Assembly: GCA_963835915.1 (NCBI GenBank)
Contig: CAWIHE010000004.1
Coordinates: forward strand, 696,248-760,247
Length of the DNA stretch: 64,000 nucleotides
DNA from: Candidatus Uhrbacteria bacterium
GTDB lineage: Bacteria; Patescibacteriota; Patescibacteriia; 2-12-FULL-60-25
Reading direction: 5' to 3'
Shown here: in pieces, positions 16,262-24,459 of the stretch
Numbering within the stretch: position 1 is the first letter of the stretch
Layout of the letters: each line of letters opens with the position of its first letter
Position numbers and translations under genes: made by a program
Notes under the pieces: model-generated
What the model saw: the letters and a program-made list of their open reading frames with translations, nothing else
Database searches by the model: none
What the model was told of the DNA's origin: nothing

Positions 16262-16270
16262 TGATACAAT
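16262..16270 (+). promoter_or_regulatory. Extended -10 element TGaTACAAT, 6 nt upstream of ATG 16277 (leaderless-type)
   Basis: gTGaTACAATgaggccATG. Confidence 0.5.
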
Positions 16271-16276
16271 GAGGCC

Positions 16277-16810
16277 ATGTCAAACGGCGTGCCGTCACCG
16301 GAGATCCAGAAGGCGCCGGAGGCTCCCGTAGAAGAGAGTGCGGATTCGAGTTCCGTTGCCGCGGATCGGAAAACGTACGAGCAGTCCGCCGAATACGAGG
16401 ACGCGATTTTGCATGCCGAGGCGGGGACGGAGCTGGAAGCGGCACAGGCCACGCACGTCGCGCCCGTGAAGCCGCCGGCGCCCGCGGCGCAGGTCCAAGG
16501 AGAGAAGGACGAAGTCGTCATCGAGGTCGAGAAGATCCTTGAGGAGGGGATTGGCCCGTTCTATGCGTCGCTTCCGCCGGAGGCGAAGCCCGTATTCAAG
16601 AAGCGCGGGGAGGAAGTCGCCACGCAGATCGCAGAGATGGTCCGGCGGATGCACCTAAAGGTCCGCAAGGTCGTACGGCTCATCGCGGAATGGCTGAAGA
16701 TGATTCCGGGCGTGAATGCGTACTTCCTTGAGCAGGAAGCGAAGATCAAGGCGGACATGCTGAAGGAACTCATCGACGCGCGTAAAGAAGACGCCGAGCG
16801 GACCGTATGA
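16277..16810 (+). CDS. Hypothetical protein (acidic N-terminus, C-terminal amphipathic/hydrophobic segment)
   Basis: 177-aa ORF whose stop overlaps the start of the downstream ATPase (ATGATG at 16807). Confidence 0.6.
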   Translation: MSNGVPSPEIQKAPEAPVEESADSSSVAADRKTYEQSAEYEDAILHAEAGTELEAAQATHVAPVKPPAPAAQVQGEKDEVVIEVEKILEEGIGPFYASLPPEAKPVFKKRGEEVATQIAEMVRRMHLKVRKVVRLIAEWLKMIPGVNAYFLEQEAKIKADMLKELIDARKEDAERTV

Positions 16811-19380
16811 TGCTCTTCGCATTTCAGGCGGATCTCATGACGGAGGGCGCGGGGACGCCGATCTCCGCGGCGAGCGACATGGTCGGCGCGGCCTTCGCGA
16901 ATCCGTTCGTGAGCACGGCCGTGCTCCTCGTCGTCATCATTGTCGCGGTCGTCATTCTCGCGCGTATCCTCCGCGTCGTCATGCGGAAGAGTAAGCGCGC
17001 ACATACGGCGATCGGAACGGCGGTCCTGAAGGTCACCGTGCCGAAAGACGTGAACCGTAACGGCAACGCCGACGAGGCGGGGACGCACAAGGTCCAGGAG
17101 CTCATCTCCGTCATGGAGACGGTGTTCCAGACGTTAGGGTCGCTCAAGGCGCAGAAAGGGCTTGCCCCGTGGCTCTTCGGGAGGACGGACGAATTCTCCT
17201 TCGAGATCGTCTACGAGCGGAACAAGATCCGCTTCTACGTTGTCGTTCCAGGCGGGTACAAGCATTTCATCGAGGAGCAGGTCCATGCGCAGTTTTCGGA
17301 TGCGGAGATCGAGGATGTCCCGGACTACAACATCTTTACGCCGACGGGCGTGATCCTAGGGAGCTACCTCGTGTTCCGGCGTGCGAGCATGTTCCCGGTG
17401 AAGACGTACGACAAACTCGAATCCGACCCGCTGAATTCGCTGACGAATGCGCTCGCAAAGCTCGGCGAGGGCGAAGGGGCCGCGTTGCAGGTCATCGTCC
17501 GTTCCGCGCCGTCCAGGTGGCGGAAAGAAGGTCTCCGAGTCGCGCGCGCCATGCAACAGGGGAAGAAACTCTCCGACGTCCAGTCCGCGGGTGGCGCGAA
17601 AGGCATGGCGGGCTCGATTGGGAAGGATTTTAAGAGCGTCGCATTCGGATCCCCGAAGAAGGAAGGCGAGAAGGAGCCGTATCGGCTCTCGCCGCTCGAA
17701 GAGGAGATGATTAAGGGATTGGAGGAGAAAGCGTCGAAAGCGGGGCTCCAGGCGAACATCCGCATCGTCGTCTGTGCCAAGACGCCGGCGCGGACCCAGC
17801 AGGCGCTGAACGACATCCTCCAGTCGTTCGGCCAGTACAACGTGTACGAGTACGGCAACTCATTCGTCAAATCGATGCCGAAGTTCCGGAAGAAGCTCAT
17901 CGAGTCGTTTATCTATAGGACGTTTGACGAAGGTCGCTCAATCGTCATGAACAGCGCGGAGCTCGCGTCGATCTACCACTTCCCGCTCCCGACGACCGAG
18001 ACGCCGAAGATCGACTGGCTCCTCGCGCGGAAAGCGCTTCCGCCGTCGAACATCCCCGACGAGGGGATCGTCCTCGGCTACTCGGAGTACCGCGGCCACC
18101 GGTACACGATCCGGATGCTCCAGCAGGACCGCCAGCGGCACATGTACATCATCGGGAAGTCCGGCACGGGAAAGACCCAGCTCCTGAAGAGTCTCATCAA
18201 GCAGGATATCGAGGCGGGACGCGGCGTGTGCGTGATGGACCCGCATGGCGATCTCGCACGGGAAGTCCTCGCGCTCGTCCCGCGCGAGCGCGCGGACGAT
18301 GTCATCTTCTTCTCGCCGGGCGATACCGAGCGTCCGCTCGGATTGAACATGCTCGAGTACGACCAGTCGAAAGTCGAATCGAAAGAGCGCGTCGTCGGTG
18401 AGATGCTGAAAATCTTCGACCGGCTGTTCGACCTCAAATCGACCGGCGGACCGATGTTCGAGTACTACATGCGGAACGCGCTCCTCCTCATCATGGACCA
18501 CCCGGAGAGCGGATCGACCTTGCTCGAGATCCCGCGCGTCCTCGCGGACGAGGAGTTCCGCCGGTTCAAGCTCTCGAAGTGCAAGAACCAGCAGGTGAAG
18601 GATTTCTGGATTAAGGAGGCGCAGAAGGCCGGCGGTGAAGCCGCGCTCGCGAACATGGTGCCCTACATCGCGTCAAAGCTCGCGCCGTTCATCTCGAACG
18701 AGATCATGCGCCCGATCATCGGCCAGCAGCAGAGCGCCTTCAACGTGCGCGAGGCCATGGACTCGCAGAAGATCCTCCTCCTCGATCTCGCGAAGGGCAA
18801 GCTCGGCGACATCAGCGCGTACCTCATCGGTATGGTCCTTGTCGGGAAGATCCTGAACGCGGCGCTCGAGCGCGGCGACATGGACCCGAAAGACCGCAAG
18901 GATTTTTACCTCTACATCGACGAGTTCCAGAACTTCCTCACGGATTCGATCAGCGCGATCCTCTCCGAGGCGCGGAAGTACGGGCTCGATCTCATCGTGG
19001 GCCACCAGTTCATCGGCCAGCTCGAGAAGATGAAGGAGATCCGAGATGCGATTTTCGGGAACGTCGGCTCGATGTTCGCGTTCCGCATCGGGCCGGAAGA
19101 CGCGGAGTTCGTCGTGAAGGAGTTTAAACCCGTGTTTACCGAGTACGATCTCGTGAACGTCGAAGCGTACACGTGCAACGCGAAGATCCTCATCAACAAC
19201 ACGGCGTCGCGCCCGTTCAACATGCACCCGATCATGGTCACGGATCCGCCGGACACGGAGCTCATGGAGCTGATCAAAGAACTCTCCCGCTACAAGTACG
19301 GCCGCCGCCGCCAGCTCGTCGAAGCGGAAATCCAGGAACGCGCATCTGCGATTGAGGCGATGATTGATGATGTCGATTAG
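16807..19380 (+). CDS. TraD/VirD4/TraG-like (type IV coupling protein family) membrane P-loop ATPase
   Basis: N-terminal TM helix (VLLVVIIVAVVILARIL), Walker A IIGKSGTGKTQ, Walker B FYLYIDEFQNF, C-terminal SEARKYGLDLIVGHQFIGQL. Confidence 0.6.
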   Translation: MMLFAFQADLMTEGAGTPISAASDMVGAAFANPFVSTAVLLVVIIVAVVILARILRVVMRKSKRAHTAIGTAVLKVTVPKDVNRNGNADEAGTHKVQELISVMETVFQTLGSLKAQKGLAPWLFGRTDEFSFEIVYERNKIRFYVVVPGGYKHFIEEQVHAQFSDAEIEDVPDYNIFTPTGVILGSYLVFRRASMFPVKTYDKLESDPLNSLTNALAKLGEGEGAALQVIVRSAPSRWRKEGLRVARAMQQGKKLSDVQSAGGAKGMAGSIGKDFKSVAFGSPKKEGEKEPYRLSPLEEEMIKGLEEKASKAGLQANIRIVVCAKTPARTQQALNDILQSFGQYNVYEYGNSFVKSMPKFRKKLIESFIYRTFDEGRSIVMNSAELASIYHFPLPTTETPKIDWLLARKALPPSNIPDEGIVLGYSEYRGHRYTIRMLQQDRQRHMYIIGKSGTGKTQLLKSLIKQDIEAGRGVCVMDPHGDLAREVLALVPRERADDVIFFSPGDTERPLGLNMLEYDQSKVESKERVVGEMLKIFDRLFDLKSTGGPMFEYYMRNALLLIMDHPESGSTLLEIPRVLADEEFRRFKLSKCKNQQVKDFWIKEAQKAGGEAALANMVPYIASKLAPFISNEIMRPIIGQQQSAFNVREAMDSQKILLLDLAKGKLGDISAYLIGMVLVGKILNAALERGDMDPKDRKDFYLYIDEFQNFLTDSISAILSEARKYGLDLIVGHQFIGQLEKMKEIRDAIFGNVGSMFAFRIGPEDAEFVVKEFKPVFTEYDLVNVEAYTCNAKILINNTASRPFNMHPIMVTDPPDTELMELIKELSRYKYGRRRQLVEAEIQERASAIEAMIDDVD

Positions 19381-19401
19381 TTATACGGAATATTTTCAAT
19401 T

Positions 19402-19518
19402 TGGTCTACGAATTTACGAATTGGGCGAATCGGCGAATTACGAATGTAAGATGCAATTCCCTTCGTATTCAATTCGTAATTCGCCGATTCGTGAGCCCAT
19501 TCGTAAATTCGTAGGCCA
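19402..19518. repeat. Family B hairpin element (~117 bp, TACGAAT-type arms), copy 1
   Basis: tggtctacgaatttacgaattgggcgaatcggcgaattacgaatg ... attcgtaattcgccgattcgtgagcccattcgtaaattcgtaggcca. Confidence 0.9.
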
Positions 19519-19611
19519 ATGTGGATAAGTCCTCTTCCGTCTAGAACGAATCTCTGGTAGTCTGTCAAACAGAAACGAGACCAGGGGTGGGGTCGTTTCA
19601 AACAAAAACAT

Positions 19612-20229
19612 ATGCCGGAAATTGACCCGGCGAAAAACGCAGACAGTGATGACGCCGTTCCGGGCAGCTCATCAATGCCTGCGACCGCGTGCGAAACGAA
19701 ACTCGCCATCGCACAAAAAGTAATCGCGAACCTCCGAGAGGAGCTCGCGAATTTAGAGCATCTCCTTTCAAGCGAAGCGGAGACCGCGAGTCTTGACGAT
19801 CTCATCATCCGCAAGGAAACGGATGGGAGCGAGATGATCGGTCCGGCCGCCGAGGGGAAGGTCATCGAAGGGGTGTTCGATGGCCAGCACATGATCGGAT
19901 CGGACGGGAAGCAGTACCTCGTTCCGCCGAACTACGCCTCGAAGTCGAAGCTCGTCGAAGGCGACATCCTGAAACTCACGATTGCGCCGAACGGGACGTT
20001 CCTCTTCAAGCAGATCGGTCCGATCGAACGGAAGCGGATCATGGGGATCCTCGTGCGCGACGAACACACGGGCGACTGGAAAGTCGTCGCGGACGGGAAA
20101 AAGTACAACATCCTCACGGCGAGCGTCACGTTCTTCCACGGGTCGCCGGGGGACGACACGGTCATCCTGGTCCCGAAGAGCGCCCCGTCGAAGTGGGCCG
20201 CCGTTGAGAACATCATCAGGAAGCAGTAG
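19612..20229 (+). CDS. Hypothetical protein
   Basis: 205-aa ORF with coherent composition; no family recognised. Confidence 0.6.
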   Translation: MPEIDPAKNADSDDAVPGSSSMPATACETKLAIAQKVIANLREELANLEHLLSSEAETASLDDLIIRKETDGSEMIGPAAEGKVIEGVFDGQHMIGSDGKQYLVPPNYASKSKLVEGDILKLTIAPNGTFLFKQIGPIERKRIMGILVRDEHTGDWKVVADGKKYNILTASVTFFHGSPGDDTVILVPKSAPSKWAAVENIIRKQ

Positions 20230-20238
20230 CTTTTTGGA

Positions 20239-20339
20239 TTGTAGTTAGTAGTAAATAGTAATAGTAAATAGTAGGAGACGGTCATCATTCGAGAGACCGT
20301 CTTTAGTATCTACTATCTACTATTTACTACTAACTACAA
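20239..20339. repeat. Family E long hairpin (~100 bp)
   Basis: ttgtagttagtagtaaatagta (22 nt) is perfectly complementary to tactatttactactaactacaa; the inner pair is gacggtc/gaccgtc. Confidence 0.9.
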
Positions 20340-20384
20340 CGACGAGTTGACTTCCATCGAGGAGCAGGCGACACTAGCCCCGCT

Positions 20385-22070
20385 ATGCCGATCTCCCGCA
20401 CCCACCGACCGCGCCAGTTCAGGGACGTGACGGGGCAGAAACACGTCACGGAGACTCTGCGGAAAGAGGTCGCGTCGGGCGTCCTCGGGCACGCGTTCCT
20501 CTTTTCGGGCCCGCGCGGGATCGGGAAGACGACGATCGCGCGGATCTTCGCGAAGGCGCTCCTGAACGTGGAGACGGACAACGGCGAGCCGCCGGTCGAT
20601 TCGGAGGCGAGCAAGGAGGTCGATGCGGGATCGTGCATTGATTTGATTGAGCTGGATGCCGCGTCGAACACGGGCGTCGAGAACGTGCGTGAAGCGATCA
20701 TCGAACACGTCCGGTTCGCGCCATCGCGATGGAAACGGAAGGTCTACATCATCGACGAGTGTCACATGCTTTCGACGAGCGCGTGGAACGCGCTCCTGAA
20801 GACGCTCGAGGAGCCACCGCCGTACGCATTCTTTATTCTTGCAACGACGGAGCTCCACAAGGTTCCCGAAACGATCGTCTCGCGCTGCCAGCGATTCGAA
20901 TTCCATCGGATCGCGCCGGACGAACTCTCCGACCGGATTCGCGCGCTCGCGAAAGAAGAGAAGATCGCCGTGGACGACGATGTGGTCCGCATGATCGTGC
21001 ACGCGAGCGACGGGAGCGTCCGCGACGCGGAGAGTCTCCTCGACCAGCTCGCGTCGCTCGAGGTCAAAAAAATCACACGCGACGTCGCCTCGCTCGTCCT
21101 GCCGACGTCCCGCGTCCCCGAAGCCGCAAAACTTTTCATGACGTGTTTGACACGCGATGTCGGTGCCTCGCTCGCGGTCGCGCGCGCGCTCGTCGACGAC
21201 GGGATCCCGCCGAGCGATCTCCTGAACGACCTCCTCGAGATCGTGCGCGCACTCATCCGCGCGGAAGATCCTGAAGAACGGAAGCGTCTTGAAGAGGGCG
21301 ACGAAGGCGACCGCGCGATTGCGAACCTCCTCGGCAAGATCGACCGCGACGAACTCGGGAGCGCCGCCTTGATGCTCATCGAACGCCGCCGCGACGCGAA
21401 AACCGGCACGGACCCCCAATTCGTCCTCGAACTCGCCATCCTCGCCATCGCCGGCGGCCTCCTCCCGCGAGGCGCAACGGCCGTCCAGTCGCCGGGACCG
21501 ATCCCTTCGCCCTCCGTCCCTCCATCCGTCCCAAGACCCGCACCATCAACGGACGCAAAAAAAGACCAGGCAAAAACAAAGGGTCATCGTGATGAGAGTC
21601 AACGAGTCAACGAGTCAACGAGTCAATCAGTGAATGACTCATCTCCGATTGGCCCCGCGGCCGCACAGATAGACTCTGACCTACGCACCTACGCACCTAC
21701 GCACCTACGCACTCAAACAATCGACCTGAACGACCTCCGCATCCTCTGGAATTCGATCATCCGCGAGGTCGAGAAGGAGAACCGTTCGATCCCGTTCATC
21801 CTGAAAGTGGCGAAGCCGATCGCGGCAGACGCGAACCGGATCACGCTGTTGTTCGCGTACGATTTCCACAAGGAGAAGATCATCAACGACCTGAAGATGA
21901 AAGGGATCGTCGAGCGCGCCATGTCGAACGTCCTCAAGATCGACAACATCATCATCGACGGCATCGTCGGCTCGACGATGGATGACGCTCCGTCCACGGT
22001 CTCCCGGGACATCGTCGAGCAGGTCTTGAGCACGTTCGGTGGCGAGATCGTCCCGAGTCGTGAGTCGTGA
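20385..22070 (+). CDS. dnaX: DNA polymerase III subunit gamma/tau
   Basis: RPRQFRDVTGQKHV, HAFLFSGPRGIGKTT, IIDECHMLS, SRCQRFEF. The variable linker contains repeat-encoded inserts. Confidence 0.95.
   Translation: MPISRTHRPRQFRDVTGQKHVTETLRKEVASGVLGHAFLFSGPRGIGKTTIARIFAKALLNVETDNGEPPVDSEASKEVDAGSCIDLIELDAASNTGVENVREAIIEHVRFAPSRWKRKVYIIDECHMLSTSAWNALLKTLEEPPPYAFFILATTELHKVPETIVSRCQRFEFHRIAPDELSDRIRALAKEEKIAVDDDVVRMIVHASDGSVRDAESLLDQLASLEVKKITRDVASLVLPTSRVPEAAKLFMTCLTRDVGASLAVARALVDDGIPPSDLLNDLLEIVRALIRAEDPEERKRLEEGDEGDRAIANLLGKIDRDELGSAALMLIERRRDAKTGTDPQFVLELAILAIAGGLLPRGATAVQSPGPIPSPSVPPSVPRPAPSTDAKKDQAKTKGHRDESQRVNESTSQSVNDSSPIGPAAAQIDSDLRTYAPTHLRTQTIDLNDLRILWNSIIREVEKENRSIPFILKVAKPIAADANRITLLFAYDFHKEKIINDLKMKGIVERAMSNVLKIDNIIIDGIVGSTMDDAPSTVSRDIVEQVLSTFGGEIVPSRES
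21596..21640 (+). repeat. Family C octamer repeat (GTCAACGA x3+), in frame in dnaX
   Basis: gagtcaacgagtcaacgagtcaacgagtcaatcagtgaatgactc encodes ESQRVNESTSQSVNDS. Confidence 0.85.
21679..21713 (+). repeat. Tandem octamer CCTACGCA x4, in frame in dnaX
   Basis: cctacgcacctacgcacctacgcacctacgcac encodes LRTYAPTHLRT. Confidence 0.85.
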
Positions 22071-22179
22071 GGACGGATCGGACGAACTGGACCCATCGTC
22101 AAATTGAAAGGAGCATCCGGATTGGCGGATGCTCCTTTTTGAGTTCTTCACTCACGACTCACGACTCGTGACTCACGAC
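22054..22179. repeat. Family D arms (CGAGTCGTGA / CTCACGACT) bracketing a canonical terminator between convergent dnaX and the gpsA-like gene
   Basis: Left arm cgagtcgtgagtcgtgag includes the dnaX stop codon. Right arm ctcacgactcacgactcgtgactcacgact ends at the gpsA-like stop. Confidence 0.8.
22107..22141. terminator. Rho-independent terminator (bidirectional context)
   Basis: aaaggagcatccg-gattgg-cggatgctcc-ttttt. Confidence 0.85.
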
Positions 22180-23066
22180 TAGATTGTCAGGATTGTCTTC
22201 GGCGCTCGCTTCCTCGCCACGATGAGTGCGATGTGTTCGAGGAGGCAGAAATCCTTTGACTTCCTGCCGAGGAGCTCGAGGAGCGGCTTGATGGAGACCG
22301 AACCTTCGCTGTCAAAATCTACCCTGCCTTCTTTCGCGAGCGTCACGCCGTATTCGTGATTCTTCGAGTACTGGCTGAACGCCGTGGCGGCGAAATCGCC
22401 AAGGCCGGCGTACGTATACGCCGTCTCCGGATTGCCGCCGAGCGCACCGATGATCCTGCCCATCTCTTCGAGGACGAGCATCATGTAGTACCCGCGAAAA
22501 TTGTCGCCGCACCCGAGCGTGGTCGCCATGGCGAAGCCGATCGCATAGATGTTTTTGAGGACCCCGCACAGCGCCGCGCCTCGCATGTCCGCGGTCGGCA
22601 TCAGACGTAACGGTGTGCCTTCGAAAAGGCGCGTCACGTGTTTCCGGACGGCCTGCGATGTTGACGCGACGACGGCCGCGGAGAGTTTGCCGACCATCAT
22701 TTCCTCCGCGAGCATGGGCCCGCTCAAGAGCGCGCATGGCTGGGACTTCGGGAAGACGTCCGCGAGGAGCATGTCGACCGTTTCGTCGCCGGTGCGGTCG
22801 ATACCCTTTGAGACACTCACGACGATCGTCGTCTTCTTCAAGTGGTCAAACAGGTCTTTCGCCGCGATGCGGATGGCCCATGAGGGGATGCAGAGGAACA
22901 CGACATCCGCTTTCGGGATGATCACGTCAAGCGGCTTCTTCACCGGGCACGCCTTCACATCCACGTCCCAGCACTCGATCGACGCGCGGTGCTTCGGCTT
23001 CAGGATCGTATAGACGGCCTTCCCGATCTCGCCCTGGCCGATGATGACGACGTTCTGCTTCTTCAT
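22179..23066 (-). CDS. gpsA: NAD(P)H-dependent glycerol-3-phosphate dehydrogenase-like protein
   Basis: Rossmann start VVIIGQGEIGKA, GPMLAEEM, GVLKNIYAIGFAM...GCGDN, GLGDFAATAFSQYSKNHEYG. Confidence 0.7.
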   Translation of the reverse strand: MKKQNVVIIGQGEIGKAVYTILKPKHRASIECWDVDVKACPVKKPLDVIIPKADVVFLCIPSWAIRIAAKDLFDHLKKTTIVVSVSKGIDRTGDETVDMLLADVFPKSQPCALLSGPMLAEEMMVGKLSAAVVASTSQAVRKHVTRLFEGTPLRLMPTADMRGAALCGVLKNIYAIGFAMATTLGCGDNFRGYYMMLVLEEMGRIIGALGGNPETAYTYAGLGDFAATAFSQYSKNHEYGVTLAKEGRVDFDSEGSVSIKPLLELLGRKSKDFCLLEHIALIVARKRAPKTILTI

Positions 23067-23097
23067 AGATTGAGCGGAATCATAGCACGCGTTGGGG

Positions 23098-23189
23098 AAG
23101 TCAACGAGTCAACCAGTCAACGAGTCAATCAGTCTCTGGTGGCGGATCCCCACTCGTTGACTTGTTGACTTGATGACTCGTTGACTTAT
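23098..23189. repeat. Family C hairpin (GTCAACGA arms) in a divergent promoter region
   Basis: gaagtcaacgagtcaaccagtcaacgagtcaatcagtc ... cactcgttgacttgttgacttgatgactcgttgacttat. Confidence 0.9.
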
Positions 23190-23224
23190 AATCCAGGGCA
23201 GATGAGTCCACAGAGAGCGAGGGA

Positions 23225-23253
23225 TTGACAAAAGCTCAAAACGCCGATATATT
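23225..23253 (+). promoter_or_regulatory. Sigma70-type promoter for tRNA-Gln
   Basis: TTGACA, 17 nt spacer, TATATT, about 10 nt before the tRNA 5' end. Confidence 0.75.
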
Positions 23254-23263
23254 TCGCCCACAT

Positions 23264-23337
23264 TCGGGGATCGTCTAGCGGTAGGACACCAGGTTCTGGC
23301 CCTGGTAACCGGGGTTCGAATCCCTGTCCCCGAGCCA
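23264..23337 (+). tRNA. tRNA-Gln (CTG), CCA encoded
   Basis: Acceptor TCGGGGA/TCCCCGA (U1-A72), anticodon arm CCAGG-TTCTGGC-CCTGG, T arm CGGGG-TTCGAAT-CCCTG, 3' GCCA. Confidence 0.9.
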
Positions 23338-23338
23338 G

Positions 23339-23374
23339 CAAAACACGAAGCGGACAGCCTCGTGTTTTGTTTTA
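23339..23374 (+). terminator. Rho-independent terminator after tRNA-Gln
   Basis: aaaacacgaagc-ggaca-gcctcgtgtttt followed by gtttt. Confidence 0.8.
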
Positions 23375-23395
23375 AACAATGCTAGGATCGCTCTC

Positions 23396-23812
23396 ATGTC
23401 CAATGATTCGCACCTCACGTTTCAGGGAAGTGTTCATACGAAAGCGCTCATCGAGCGTAGTGGGAAAATACTAATCGTTTTCGATAGAAAATGGGAACTT
23501 CCAGGCGGTCGACTGCACGTCGATGAACCGCCGGAAGATGCGTTGCGCCGTGAAGTGAAAGAAGAGGTCGGCCTCGATATAGAAATCGAGTGCATACATG
23601 ACGCCTTTCCTTTTTTGGGTCTGGACAGGAAAGAACGGCGCTTCGCCGTCATCTATCTCTGTACGTCGGATCCGCGTCAGACGCCGAAGCCTGATGGCGA
23701 CGAAGTCACCGACTACCGATGGATTTCAAAACAGGAAGAGCTTGATTCGTATGAGTTCTATCCTGATTTTAAAGAGACAATTGTAAAATATTTTAGGCGA
23801 AGCACAACATGA
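23396..23812 (+). CDS. NUDIX hydrolase
   Basis: Nudix box GGRLHVDEPPEDALRREVKEEVGL. TAGGAT lies 7 nt upstream of the ATG. Confidence 0.85.
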   Translation: MSNDSHLTFQGSVHTKALIERSGKILIVFDRKWELPGGRLHVDEPPEDALRREVKEEVGLDIEIECIHDAFPFLGLDRKERRFAVIYLCTSDPRQTPKPDGDEVTDYRWISKQEELDSYEFYPDFKETIVKYFRRSTT

Positions 23813-23859
23813 AACCGACAAAAACATCCGCCTACGCGGATGTTTGTCGAATGGGGGCA

Positions 23860-24237
23860 TTACTTCGCCATCTCCCAGAGTCCGATCACGCTCCCTTCCG
23901 GATCCTTGAAGTACGCGATAAATCCCATTTTACCGACGGGCGTTTTTCCTTTTACGATCGTTCCGCCGGCTTTTGATATCTTTTTGATGTGAGCGTCGAT
24001 GCTGTCGACGGCGATTGTGATGGTCGGCGCGTTGAACTGGCCGTCCTTTTTCATCATGCCGCCGTTGATGGCGCCTTTGACTTTCGGCATGTGTTTCGTA
24101 TCGATGTCCGTGGTCTGGATGATGACGTAATCCATTTTCTTGTCGTCTTCGAGCTTCCAATCGAAGACGCTTGTGTAGAACTTTTTCGCGCGCGGCACGT
24201 CTTCCGCGGGCAGTTCGAAGTGAACGACGCTGTTCAT
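23860..24237 (-). CDS. VOC (glyoxalase/bleomycin-resistance) family protein
   Basis: MNSVVHFELPAEDVPRAKKFYTSVFDWKLE...GFIAYFKDPEGSVIGLWE. Confidence 0.8.
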   Translation of the reverse strand: MNSVVHFELPAEDVPRAKKFYTSVFDWKLEDDKKMDYVIIQTTDIDTKHMPKVKGAINGGMMKKDGQFNAPTITIAVDSIDAHIKKISKAGGTIVKGKTPVGKMGFIAYFKDPEGSVIGLWEMAK

Positions 24238-24328
24238 ATCGTGGGTTGGTGAAGGTGAGTTAACGTTACTTTGACGTTATGTCGAAAAAGATGGATATGT
24301 CAAGTGGATAAGACCATTCTGAGTGAGA

Positions 24329-24405
24329 GGAAGCTGGAATCTGGAAGCTGGAAGCTGACTTGAACGTGATTGTAGTTAGCTTCCAGCTTCCAGATTCCAG
24401 CTTCC
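24329..24405. repeat. Family A hairpin (GAAGCTG/GAATCTG heptamer arms), copy 1, between divergent genes
   Basis: ggaagctggaatctggaagctggaagctg ... agcttccagcttccagattccagcttcc. Confidence 0.9.
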
Positions 24406-24447
24406 CTGTCTAGCTGTTAATGAATCGTCCAGTTTCAACGCGTGCGC

Positions 24448-24453
24448 TATACT
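24448..24453 (+). promoter_or_regulatory. Candidate -10 box TATACT, 6 nt upstream of ATG 24460 (leaderless-type)
   Basis: gcTATACTtcagccATG. Confidence 0.4.
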
Positions 24454-24459
24454 TCAGCC

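Noticed and set aside
20334-21419. 361-aa minus-strand ORF, and the many other long antisense ORFs in the track (e.g. 24826-25830, 29840-30604, 44810-45586, 47137-48087, 53395-54330, 59849-60646)
   Set aside because: Each lies opposite a confidently identified conserved gene (dnaX, pgi, FtsX permease, atpA, atpD, M23 peptidase, IS3 orfB). None shows a recognisable motif, and their R/D/E/H-rich composition fits GC-rich antisense frames.
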